In this document: piece after piece, positions 43,291-54,283 of the stretch
Layout of the letters: every line of letters begins with the position of its first letter
How positions within the stretch are numbered: position 1 is the first letter of the stretch
Assembly (NCBI GenBank): GCA_000091205.1
Contig: AP006484.2
Direction: 5' to 3' (one strand)
Length of the DNA: 64,000 nucleotides
DNA from: Cyanidioschyzon merolae
Lineage: Eukaryota
Made by a program: the position numbers and the translations under genes
Notes under the pieces: model-generated
Database searches by the model: none
The model's input: the letters and a program-made list of their open reading frames with translations, nothing else
Told to the model about the DNA's origin: nothing

Positions 43291-44703
43291 GCGAATGGGT
43301 ATTAGTTCACCTTGGAAAGAACTGAAACTATCGCTCCACCGATCGTATGCAGCGGCCGCTTTGTGCGTTCCCTCTTTTCAATATATTGAGGCAAAATAAC
43401 ACTCCGGAGGAGCTTTGATAGTTCGCTTTCGTCTGAAGACTTTCATCAGAGTACAGTGGGCTCACTGTTTGAAGCTCTCGCTGAAGATAGCACTTATCAG
43501 TCATTGATTGCAACCGTTCCCAAGATCGGATATCGACTGTTCGGAGATGATCTTGTTCCCGGTACTATTGGGCATGCTTAAAAATACTTCCGCACACTAG
43601 CGCACTTTACGGAGCAGATTTTCGTCCCGCTGCAGCTGAATCTCTATGGAAGTATCACAATTTTAGAGGAGCCGCAAGAAACCCAGCACCACTCATTACT
43701 ACGAGGGAGCTCTTTCCATTCGAAGCACGCGTTCGACCTGCGTTTGCCTCGCACGCGTAAGCGTGACGGCTGACGCGCTCCTACAGCAGCGACTCTCCAT
43801 ACTCAGGGCTGCTGGGCCTTTGAAGAGCATCAACGGGCGGCCAGAATAGAAGACACATCGCATGTAAGGCGTCCGACATGCGCTGTCCGCATGCTCTATG
43901 TCGTGAAAATACCAATATCGAACCAGGAAACAAGCACTCCGAACATCATGGGCATCGAGCAACGACTACAGCGAAGACCTTTCCACGCATGAGACTAACC
44001 TTTTCAATCCAGCCCGAAAATGGAATTTCATTCAGTAGAAAAACCGTGAAGTACACGCTTGTCTCGGTTATATATGCATGCAAGCATTCATGTGTGCGAG
44101 CACTCGCGCATCTACGAGCAGCCTCTTGGTGATAGAAGCGGCACACCATCCCGCTGTGGCAAGCCGGCAGTTGGATCCACGAGACCTCGAGCTGATGCGC
44201 TTGAAAGCGCACAGTGCAGCCGTTCTACCACCATGAAGCGATCGCGGCTGGAGCGCCGCAAGCATCCACGATGCGCCGGGTACATTCAAGGTAGCTGGAT
44301 CAAGCAAGCGTTTCCCTCAAACGGGAAGGCTAATTCGGTGCTGGTGTATTGTAGGTACTTCTGTGAGGGAGCAGAGGTCTCGTCCCTGGTACTGGCAGGA
44401 TGCGCGTTCATGCGAGAATATGGACACATGTATCCTTGCCACCCTAGTAGACTCGGACGGCCAGAGGCGCGTCGCGCACCGATTCCGGTCTGTGGATCCG
44501 GGAGATGCGCTCGCATGCTGTCGATTGGGTTCTGCAGCCACAGTCGTCCAGAATACGGATCGCTGACTTTTGCGGTGTATCTATTTTTAGGTTCTAAGGA
44601 TTCGGGTGTTTTTTTGCGAGTTGTGGTTCACTTACAGCATAGACACGCCGTAAACGCTTGTCGCGCGCGGCACCTGTCGAACGTCCGAACTTTTTACAAT
44701 CCT

Positions 44704-45798
44704 ATGAAATTCGGCAAGAGGTTGAGGGAGACGGTCGAAAGGGCCCCCGCTGAGTGGAGGGGTCTCTTCATTGACTACAAGGGCCTGAAGAAACTACTGA
44801 AAAATGAAGTAAGCTTTTGCCAGCAGCCAAGCGCTGAAAAGGCGATCACGGTTGTCTCTGAGGCTACGCAACAAGGCGTGAACGCAAATAGTGCCGCGGA
44901 AGCGGAACCTGCGCAGGGGCCCAGCGAGAGTGCCCTCGTACCCGAGTCCAGCGTCCCACCAGGGGAGCACCAGGGCGAGTCGGTGGTGTGTGCTGCGCGA
45001 ACTGGAGAGTTCAGAATCCAGGGGCACGTTGGGGCCTCAAAAAAGCGCGTGCGGGTGTCGTGCTCACCGCCAGTCTCAAGCACTGCTGACTCTGACTCAG
45101 ATACCGATATTTCGGATGCACCACCTCTGGAGTTTTTGGAACAGGTCAATAGAGAGCGCATCCCGCGAAAACAAGATAGCCACGGATTTTTTGACTTGCT
45201 TCATCAAGAGCTGGATAAGGTTAATGATTTCTTCCTTGAGCAGTTGGAGGATTTAATTATCCGGAGCGAGATCTTACAAAGAGATACGGCAAATTTTTTC
45301 GTTTTATGCAAATCTCAGCGAAGTTTCCACTTTAGAGATATTGAAAATCTATCGCGTAGACTTTACAGACTTCATGATGACCTCGTGCTTCTTCAAAACT
45401 ATGCTGCCGTGAACTATTTGGGCTTTCGAAAAGCCCTCAAGAAATATGACAAGAAGAAGAATACTCGGCTGCGGAGAACATATCTTGCTGGTGTTCTTGG
45501 GACGCCTTTTTTCCTGCAGAGCGAGAATTTGCGATCTTTGATCTTGGAGACAGAGCGTCGGTTGAGTTTATTACAGCATCTTGCATCATCGCAGAGTGAC
45601 AATCAGGATACAAGTCCCGCGAAGATGGCGTCGCCTTCTTTCAGAGAATCAGCCACTGAAAAGGATATCCGAGAAACTGCGCACGAGGAACATCCAGAAC
45701 CAGTCAAAGTCAGGCAAGCGGAAAGCCTAGATTCTGAAAAATTATCTGATTCCGGCTCGAGATTGAGTCAGAGAGAAGCTGCTGTTCATCAGGGTTGA
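44704..45798 (+). CDS. SPX-domain protein (SPX-only class)
   Basis: Begins with the canonical SPX N-terminus MKFGKRL...EW...FIDYKGLKK and has the second/third SPX subdomain (LHDDLVLLQNYAAVNYLGFRKALKKYDKK). The ORF track extends upstream to 44059 in frame, but SPX domains start at MKFGK, so the start is set at 44704. No additional C-terminal domain. Confidence 0.75.
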   Translation: MKFGKRLRETVERAPAEWRGLFIDYKGLKKLLKNEVSFCQQPSAEKAITVVSEATQQGVNANSAAEAEPAQGPSESALVPESSVPPGEHQGESVVCAARTGEFRIQGHVGASKKRVRVSCSPPVSSTADSDSDTDISDAPPLEFLEQVNRERIPRKQDSHGFFDLLHQELDKVNDFFLEQLEDLIIRSEILQRDTANFFVLCKSQRSFHFRDIENLSRRLYRLHDDLVLLQNYAAVNYLGFRKALKKYDKKKNTRLRRTYLAGVLGTPFFLQSENLRSLILETERRLSLLQHLASSQSDNQDTSPAKMASPSFRESATEKDIRETAHEEHPEPVKVRQAESLDSEKLSDSGSRLSQREAAVHQG

Positions 45799-45930
45799 TA
45801 CAATTATTGTATCGACAGGAGCTGGTCCAAGCATCATAGATTATGCGTCAGCTGATCGCGAACTTGCTCAAACACGTACGTGCTCGGAACTATGATTGCA
45901 TTTCGTTGTGCGTATCCGCTTTCCGCTGCG

Positions 45931-47016
45931 TTACTCCATTGAAGTGATCCCGTCTTGTCGATCTTGAGAGTCTCGTTTGCGCAAATTAGCCATGAGGAAT
46001 CCAACGAGTACGAGAGACGCCCCGAGCAAATACATTGAGCCATATTTTGTGCGTCTTAAGATTGCATCGGCCAGGACCGAGAAAGGAATTGTCAGCGACA
46101 AGGCTAAGGACGCCGCCAGAGCAGAAGCGTAGCAAATGGCAAGCGCCCACAGGTAATTGCTCAGAACGCCACCTACCAGAGCGTTGGTAAGCATTAACCA
46201 TAACGTCCTCCGAGGGGGAAAATCGATGCTTTCTACTCTGCAGAAATGGCAGATAAGAACGATCGGCCATCCGAATGCGAGACATATTCCCCCGAGTGAC
46301 CCTAAAAAACGACTCACTTTCAGCTCATGCTGCAGTGCAAACTGTCTCTTAATAAGAACAGTTTGAAATGCGTAAAGTATGGCGCCCAAGAACGCTAAGG
46401 CATCGCCCAGCGCTGTTCGCGTGCCTGCAGAAGACGCATCGGACGCAGATACCAAGCACAGGCCTCCAACATTCAGCACGACAGCAAGGATGTGGAGCCT
46501 GCCGAAACGCTCAACTTTGAGGAGCGAGCCGAAGATGAGCACGAACACGCACGAGAGCGACGAAATGATGGACGATGACGCAACTGAAGTGTAGGTCAAG
46601 CTAAGGTTGTAAAGACAGTTGGACATAAACCAGAATGGAGCAATTTTCCAGCTGCTTTGGAGCGTTTCTCCAATACAGCTTCGAAGCCGTTCAGCAAGCC
46701 CCTGTTGAAGGGACAGCTGGTTCCCCAGGTTCTGAGAAGCTGTCTCAAAATCACGCGTTCCCGGCTCGACAGATTTTCTGAACACAAAATCTCTCTCCAC
46801 AACCGTCTCCGTTGCGTTTTGAAGCTGCCCAGCTCCAAATTTACAAGGAGGAACCAAAAAAAGCAGAACGAACAGCGACTGCGAGAGGTAGCTGTAAAGA
46901 ACGGGCTTTGAAAATGAGTCTTCCCGAAATACTATTTGGATAAGCTCACTCGACGCCACCCAAAGAACGGCAACGGCAATAAGTAACAGAATCCCATACA
47001 GATGGGTATAAGCCAT
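45931..47016 (-). CDS. EamA/DMT-superfamily transporter, SLC35F5 / Thi74-like
   Basis: Ten hydrophobic segments and diagnostic stretches (NCLYNLSLTYTSVASSSIISSLSCVFVLIFGSLLKVERF; YLWALAICYASALAASLALSLTIPFSVLADAIL) matching the SLC35F3-5 family. Confidence 0.7.
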   Translation of the reverse strand: MAYTHLYGILLLIAVAVLWVASSELIQIVFREDSFSKPVLYSYLSQSLFVLLFLVPPCKFGAGQLQNATETVVERDFVFRKSVEPGTRDFETASQNLGNQLSLQQGLAERLRSCIGETLQSSWKIAPFWFMSNCLYNLSLTYTSVASSSIISSLSCVFVLIFGSLLKVERFGRLHILAVVLNVGGLCLVSASDASSAGTRTALGDALAFLGAILYAFQTVLIKRQFALQHELKVSRFLGSLGGICLAFGWPIVLICHFCRVESIDFPPRRTLWLMLTNALVGGVLSNYLWALAICYASALAASLALSLTIPFSVLADAILRRTKYGSMYLLGASLVLVGFLMANLRKRDSQDRQDGITSME

Positions 47017-47842
47017 GATCCAAGATACGAGTGAAGTTTAGCCAAGGTTTTCAGTGCTCTGCGTCATGGTCGAGCTGCGTTAAACAGAAGAAACTTGTTT
47101 TGTCAAATTTAACTAGACACCTAGGTGGACCACGGCGTCTCGCGGGATTCGGATGAGTAGTTCTGTGGCTCGCCTCGACTGTATCAATCCGCTGGTCGAC
47201 GTAGCCTCCATGAACTTGACGAGGATTCTGGCAACGCAGGGATAAAGAGCGGTCTCGTTTCCTCGAAAGACGCTCGTTACGAAAGTAGCATTCATTGGGA
47301 GAAAGCCGCTAAATCAGAGTTGACGTTGAATGCTGCTCGCTCAGGTCTTTTGTGCTCCCTGCTGAGCATTAACTCGCTTTAGAGTTCCGACATTTTCGGT
47401 CAATTTCCGCTATTTCATCCGCTTATTTCTGGCAAACTTTTCCGCTCTGAGCTGCTTTCGATCTGGGTAGCCAGCGTTTATCCCGTGCGAGAATCGCTTC
47501 TCACAGGAAGCCACAGATTGCTGTTCTCGACCAACGGAATGTCCGTATGACAGTAAACCTGTGGGACGCAGAAACCAGCTCGTTCCAGGCTGTGCAAATC
47601 GCTACTTTGTATGGTTTAAGTTTGATGAATCCTCTCTGAATCCTCTATACATGCAAATGCGAAAACCCGGCTTTCAGGAAAGGAACCGTAGATCCTCCGC
47701 AGAAACCTACATATACCACAAGCTCCTGACTCGTATCAGCGCCAGCAATAGAGTTAAGATCGACCAAGCGTGCCTTCTAGAATCGGGCTCGCTGTAAAAG
47801 CTCTAAATGGCACTGGATGCGCTGCGGCATGCGATACTCGAA

Positions 47843-49250
47843 GAGCACATGCACTGCATGAAATGTTTCCATCCATGGCATTATAGAGCGGAACGAGTTC
47901 CAGCGAGGTAACACGGCCACACACAATCAAGCATGAGCGTCTTCTCGCTGTCATCAACACAGGCTTTTGCCGGGTTCTTTGTGACGAGTTCCTTCGTCCC
48001 TCCCTTATATCCTTCTTTGAATACGTCGGTCTCCCCTTTCCCTCGGCATCTGTTGTCCGCAGACGGAGGAGGTTCATGGCAGCGTTACTGTCCAGGCTCC
48101 GCACGTTCCGACTGTTGGCCGCACATTTCATGCGCACGCAGGCGTTGCAATCTATTTATCGCTTACTGCACTCATTTTCTATGTTTACGGCCTCGGTGCG
48201 CCTCTCGCAGGGATGACACCTGCTTATGGTGAAATTCCCTCACATTTCCGCCACATATTCTATCTAGAGCGCCGCCACGTAGCGCGCGAACGCGTGCTTC
48301 ATCCGTCGGTATGTGCCCTTGACATGCACAGGAGGCTCTCTTCAGTGCCCCCCTCTGTTTGGTCGTCTGGTACGGTACCCCACGATCACGGGCTTGCTGT
48401 GAGCGATTCCAGGGGTGCGTTTTCTGTCCAGCGCACACGCGAGCACACGTTGTTCCATTCGATGAAGGATTCGTCGAATGCAATACTATCTCTGATGAAA
48501 CAAGAGCCGGAAGCAAGGTCGAGACTGAAGAACAATTCGAAACGTTTCGATGCATCTACGCTCCGTTCGTGCAACCAGGTGACGCACGCTTCACCCGGGG
48601 AGATCACAGCAATGACTAAAGGCCGAGTCCGGGACCCGTTTCCGCGCAAACGGAAACTGCGGGAGCCCCTGGGCATCATACCCAGTGAGATGTGTGGTGC
48701 CGTTGTCGAAAGCCGTTTCGTCGATAGCCACAAAGAGAGGAGGATTTTTCTCGCGAACGCGATCGATTATTTGACGTGAACAGCCCAGTGAAGTTGCAAC
48801 ACGAGCTTGTGAAATAGCAGTCGAAGGATGGCGTCTTGGCAAGCACTTTTCCTCGTCAATCCAGGGGCGCGACATGCTGCGCACGCGAGTTGCCCTGAAA
48901 CAGAAAGATCGAAGACTTGAAGAATGCGTGATCTAGGCATGCTACGTGTAAGCAAAAGAGAAGTGCCGCGGCACGTACGCGTCGAAATGTTTTACGATAT
49001 CGGCTATTTTATTAGCCCGCGTTCGAGCGCGTCGCGAACCATTGTGATCATGGTCATGCGAAGTATTCCCGGGGTAAAGACTCGGAGGCATCACATCGGA
49101 AAGACGTCCGCGGATTCTCGACTGCTTGCGAATCCTCACGCGGTTATCGCTGCTTATCGGATGTCGAGCATGTACATCCCAAAAGTTCGGAAAAAATGAA
49201 TGGCAAGAATAGAGTACGCATGTCAGTTTCCTTTCTTAATCCAACACGAG
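47843..49250 (+). repeat. Rep1b: second copy of the 1.4-kb non-coding Rep1 repeat, offset +7,953 bp from Rep1a
   Basis: Near-identical to 39890-41297. Lies between the SLC35F5-like gene start region and the DTD gene 3-prime end. Confidence 0.7.
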
Positions 49251-49718
49251 TGTAGCGTCTCGATGCCACGAAATTGTATTCTCTCCCGGACACGAAACTA
49301 GGATGCTCAATGTCGTGTTTTCCTGAAAGACCGTTTGAGGTTCCTCTGATCGACTTCATATTATCCTATCGATCCTGACAATCTTGTGCTATAGACGGAG
49401 CGGATTCTGGTTCACGTGTTGCTCCAAAAACAGAGGTTTATATTGTTTTTCTACGACTCCGAATCTTTCTGCGAAATCGGAGAAATGGTGCTTTCTGCAG
49501 CTGGTACTGGTTCAATCTCGCTCTCGCAGAGAAGCAGGGTGCCAAGTTTCGCTTCGGAGAGTGGCTTACGAAATCAATATCGTCTCATTCACGTCTCGAA
49601 CGTTCATGCGGAAAACATTATGATGTCCGTTGAATATTTTCAGCTGAGAAAGAAATCCTGATCTTTCGTTCTGTAAAACAGTGCTCAGCAGTTTCTGTCA
49701 GCATCTCATTCAGAGTGT

Positions 49719-50204
49719 TCACCACTTGGGTTGCTTCGTATCCACCAAGATGGTTACTGGTCCGTCATTTACCACGGAAACGTTCATATAACTTCCAAAC
49801 ACACAACATTTCACGGCTTCGGGATTGGGCATTTTGCTTCTCAAGGTCGTGAATACTCTCTCAAAAAAGGCCTTTGCTTCTCGGGGGGCCATGCTACGGT
49901 GAAACGACAACGACTTGTTGCTTTTGAAAACAGCATGCAACGTAAACTGCGAGATCAGAAGCACTTCACCGCAAGTGTCTTTGACACTTTGCGCCCAGCG
50001 GACGCGCTCCTCTTTCGAGCCCTCACCGCTGCTTCCGTCTGAAAATATCCGAACCTCAGCTATGCGGCGACAAATCAAGTCGACATCCTCGTTGGTGTCA
50101 TCCTGGGCAATACCGACGAAAACACAGAGGCCGCGGCCGATCGACTCCGTCTTTCCACCGCCTGAAACCGAAGCCTGTGCAACTCGCTGAATCACTGCCC
50201 TCAT
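49719..50204 (-). CDS. dtd: D-aminoacyl-tRNA (D-Tyr-tRNA) deacylase
   Basis: MRAVIQRVAQASVSGGGK...IGRGLCVFVGIAQDDTNEDVD...ISQFTLHA (DTD fold with SQFTL motif), 161 aa. Confidence 0.8.
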   Translation of the reverse strand: MRAVIQRVAQASVSGGGKTESIGRGLCVFVGIAQDDTNEDVDLICRRIAEVRIFSDGSSGEGSKEERVRWAQSVKDTCGEVLLISQFTLHAVFKSNKSLSFHRSMAPREAKAFFERVFTTLRSKMPNPEAVKCCVFGSYMNVSVVNDGPVTILVDTKQPKW

Positions 50205-50453
50205 ATCCTACTTACGGCAGGTGGCAGAGAACCAACTGGAGCGTCTGTCTAAACACCAAAAGTTACCATTTTGAATACGGTTTGCCTAGCCAGTTTTACG
50301 CGCTTGATCGAGCATGCAATTCCATTCCATGCCAACATGGTAAAGAATTTGGTGCTGTCGTTGTGCAGTTTTTCGAACGCTGCTGTTTTTTTAATGAGAA
50401 AATATATTTGGGAACCGTTCCGGAGAGGTATATAAGCTTGTCGAGCCATCCCT

Positions 50454-50990
50454 ATGTCCCTTAAAGGTGTGGCTTTCTTCCTACTCAAAGGTGTGGCGGA
50501 ACTCTCAAAGAACGCGACGTCCCTTTTGAAACTGGCTTCCGCCGTTTATTTTTTCCAGAAAAATGTTGGCGAGCTCATGCTCTGCGTGGGCCCTTCTATG
50601 TTGCCAACTTTGAGCGCAAACGGGGACGTCGTTATTATGGAACACTTCACTCCGAGGTTCAGAGAACTAAAGAGAAAAGACATCGTAGTTGCTGTCTCGC
50701 CGTTGAATCCAAACATGAGCGTTTGCAAGCGTGTGACCGGTTTGGAGGGCGACAAACTTGTGGTAGGACAAGCTACAGCCGAAGCAGTTTTTCAAATTCA
50801 TCCTGAGATCGTTGAAAGAACGGAATACGGGAGCTTTGTTCGGGTTCCGAGCGGCCATGTATGGCTCGAGGGAGACAACGCGATAAACAGTACAGACTCT
50901 CGCCAGTATGGTCCTGTATCTGTTTCTCTGATCCGCGGTCGGGTTCTCTGCAGAGTGTTGCCATTGAATGCGGCGGGACGTGTTGATTAG
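50454..50990 (+). CDS. Mitochondrial inner-membrane peptidase subunit (IMP1/IMP2-type, S26 signal peptidase family)
   Basis: GPSMLPTL (catalytic Ser), GDIVVAVSP, CKRVTGLEGD (catalytic Lys), GHVWLEGDN, STDSRQYGPV. 178 aa. Confidence 0.8.
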   Translation: MSLKGVAFFLLKGVAELSKNATSLLKLASAVYFFQKNVGELMLCVGPSMLPTLSANGDVVIMEHFTPRFRELKRKDIVVAVSPLNPNMSVCKRVTGLEGDKLVVGQATAEAVFQIHPEIVERTEYGSFVRVPSGHVWLEGDNAINSTDSRQYGPVSVSLIRGRVLCRVLPLNAAGRVD

Positions 50991-53900
50991 AACGATACCG
51001 CCGTGTGGAAATCGTCTCCGCGAAGCGTCGCGAGCGAAAAGGAAACTGCATTGTGTCGCACTCTGCACCATCCTGGTATCTGCTTCAAGTTGCGCACGCT
51101 GCTCCTTTAAAGTTGGTTTATTTTCGGCAATCAACCCTCTATGCTCGTTGCAGAAGAATACTGCGATCGCGAGGAACTCCCACCCTCGAGGAATCATATC
51201 ACAATGACTGCGATGTTGCTCCATCCTCTCGTGCTTCCTCGATATTACTTGCGCAGTCGTTTAGAAAGCTACTGTACTGAGAAATTTTCAACAAGTTAGG
51301 CGACGGTTGAAAACAGCACTGAATCTAGTTGGGCTGCGTACACGCACGGAAACGGCAGGAATTGCTCAGCGTGCTGCTCGAAGCGGGAGAGCAGTTCGCC
51401 ACCGGTTTCGGACTAATGGAACACTGGACTGCGCTCTATTCTCCTGCTTTTCAAGCTTTCAGAACTTCTTTAAATGTGCAGCCTCGTGACTCGAGTGCAG
51501 GAATAAGGGCTTGCGAATTAAAATGTGGTTTTACAGTTTACGGAAGTCTTTCCACGGAGGCCTCTTCGACTCTTTGCCGATGGAACTCGATGTCCACGAA
51601 ATCAAGATGAAGCGCTACCTTCTAATAAGGGTTTGTAACATAAAGGATATCATTATCCAGTTCATATGCCCAAGCCTTCGCTCGTCCCCTTTCCTTACAC
51701 GTAGCATGGTCAATCCACGAAGTCTTCAAGTCTTGAATCATTCTGTGTTTAGGCAACTCTAGCGCGCAACATATTGCGCTGCTGTGTCGTCTAGGAAAGA
51801 GAATTCAACAGTGTCCCTTGACGACTTCTTCACAAGTTCAGAGCGAAGTCTCATTGAACTTATCACGACGAATAATCGATTCCGTTAGATAGAAAAATCG
51901 GTCCCTCTCTGCGGCGACCGGCGATACTGCATTCGACAGGAGAATGATACCTCTCAGGATGTGTGCGCCTAGAAGCGCCGGTCAATTCTGCTCGCAAGCG
52001 CAGGTAACTTGGACTCGGATCTCAGTCGTCGCAAGAATCGCTTCCAGTAATGCGTGCGTCTCCGCCTTCAGTGAAGCGAGCGTTGACAAATCGAAATTCC
52101 GCTTCTATTTCTCCAGCCAGGATTTTTCCTTCCGTTGCTTGTTTCATCATGGACAATATCGAGTTCTACAATTCATTCCTAGAATAGAACGGATTGCGCT
52201 TTCAAGTATAGCGACTAGAATATTCGCCGAGGGAGTCGCTCAGAATAAACTCGTGATAGCAGGGTACGGTACCGAACTTGGAAACTGAGAGAAGCGCCTG
52301 TGGAAGTCTTAAATACATGCCACGGAAATGCACCGAGCCATGAAGCAAGCGTTCACAAGTCGCATGTCGGCACTTGGGGAAGTACGTGTGGTGAACGTAC
52401 GGGACCAACCGAACGCAGCCAGGTCCCACCACTGCGAAGAGCTCACCGAGGATGTGTTTTAAGAAGTTGAAAACGGCAATTGGTACCTAAATAGAAAAAA
52501 CATCCTCCTGTACATGAAAGAGTCAACAACAGGTGGAAGCAGGGAGACAGGGAATTTAACGTTGCTACCAGCGTCATTTGACTGTCTGAATCGGAACTGG
52601 GGAAAGTAAAGACCAACATATTTAGAGCAGGAGACCATAGAAAGGAAAAGAAGCTGTCCCTGCGAATGCCGGCAAAAGCCTTTGTTAAAGACCGCGAGAC
52701 GAGAACCAAACTTTGATAGGAATTTCCGAGCGAGCCATGTGGAACACTTTCGATCTTAGTCTCACATGAATGTACTGCAGATGGTGGGCACGCCCTTTAT
52801 AATGAATAAATGTCTGATAATGCCTCTTTACAACTTATATTCAGGAGATTCTAGAAGAAGCAACCGTGCCGTGGATCTTTGATACTGTAAGTGGGAGGAG
52901 ATTTGGAACTCCTACCTCTTCATCCTCTTGACTAATCGCGCACAAAAGCACTCCGACACTTTAACTTGACTAGCTACAACAGACTAATATTTCGTAACCT
53001 CAGGTTACCCCTGGCTCATCTTCAAAGAAAATAAATTTTTCCAGGAGGTACTAAATATGGACAACGTCCAAGAAAAATTCAAAATACGTCATCGAAATCG
53101 CCCTGCTGCGAAAATTAGAAATTCGCTCAGATCTGAAATTTTTGAAAGGCAAATTTCGCTCCCGTGTGCCTTAATAGATGTCTCCCAACAGAATGATTTA
53201 ATGTATTCATAAGCTCAGCCCAAATCGTTCCGGCCTGCGTGAAAACTGATAATTAATTTTTCTTCGTATTCAACGATTAGACTCAACACTGGGCTCGTCG
53301 AACTTGACCATCGTAAAATTTTGCTGCTTCTGTTGATTATATAGGATTCGTTTTTACTGGACCGTCTGCCAAGATCTATACGCAACTAGTGAGTATGGAA
53401 CCTTTACCGCATACTGAGTGCCAGTGGAGTCTAAGTTAATCTTTAATCTTTTTTTCAGGCTGAGGGCCTGCAGCCTTGTTTCTGAGAAAAATACCTGTCA
53501 GAGACCCCGTTGAAACTACGGTGAGCGGTGGAACCATCAAGAGTTACTCTCGGCATCGTTGCGTTTCTCCATATAGAACGCTTTTGGAGAATCCGGCCAA
53601 TAATGAGGGAACTGCGTTCTGAGACTTGACGGAGATTGCTCGAAAAACAAAAAAAGTATTATTGTCATGCGTGGTTCGAACCGCGTCAGATATTCGTGCG
53701 CCTCTTAATGCCAAATGTGGTAGTCGGTGTCACTATCGCATGCTCGCATCCCATCCTGGCTATCTGGTAATGATTTGAGCCTTCGCAATTACTAGTTGAA
53801 TTGCATCTATCCAAGCAATTGGTATCTCAGAAATCCTTTCAGATCATCTCGTGGAATTACACACTTCGAAATAAAACTCAATAAATCCATTTGCGAGTAC

Positions 53901-54283
53901 TGTCTGAACGAAGGCCTTTTGCGCAAGTGAAGGTAGATATCGCGCTTCGTAGGCTCTTCCACTAATTCCTAACCACGACGAACTTGCAGGAAGCGTCAAA
54001 CTGTCCACAAGAGATATTGCATTTAGCCGTGGTCCCGCCTGTCCAAAAAAACCGGTGCCACGGCAGCCACACTCGCTTATCAAGTTTACGTTTGTCACAG
54101 ACACTGCGTGACTGCTCGAAGGCGTCTGCAAACAAATACAGTCTTTCATGCGCCATTCCCGTTAAAAGAAGCTGCTCAAACGGACCCTGTACAGATCATT
54201 TTTACTTGAGTACATACATTATCATAATTGACATCGAGGCAAACAATGGTCGCCGCCGAGTGACTCGCCCAATCTAAGCTCTC

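Noticed and set aside
39890-49250. Rep1 direct repeats as LTRs of an LTR retrotransposon
   Set aside because: The 6.5 kb between them encodes ordinary host genes (SPX, SLC35F5-like), not gag/pol. The repeats lack TG...CA termini. They are homologous to the 3-prime region of the nuclease element family instead.
53640-53770. Possible tRNA gene suggested by a GGTTCGAACC T-loop-like string
   Set aside because: The segment is a near-palindrome (GCGTGGTTCGAACCGCGTC). I could not build a 5-bp T stem, D arm or acceptor stem on either strand. Flanks do not give a 72-90-nt cloverleaf.
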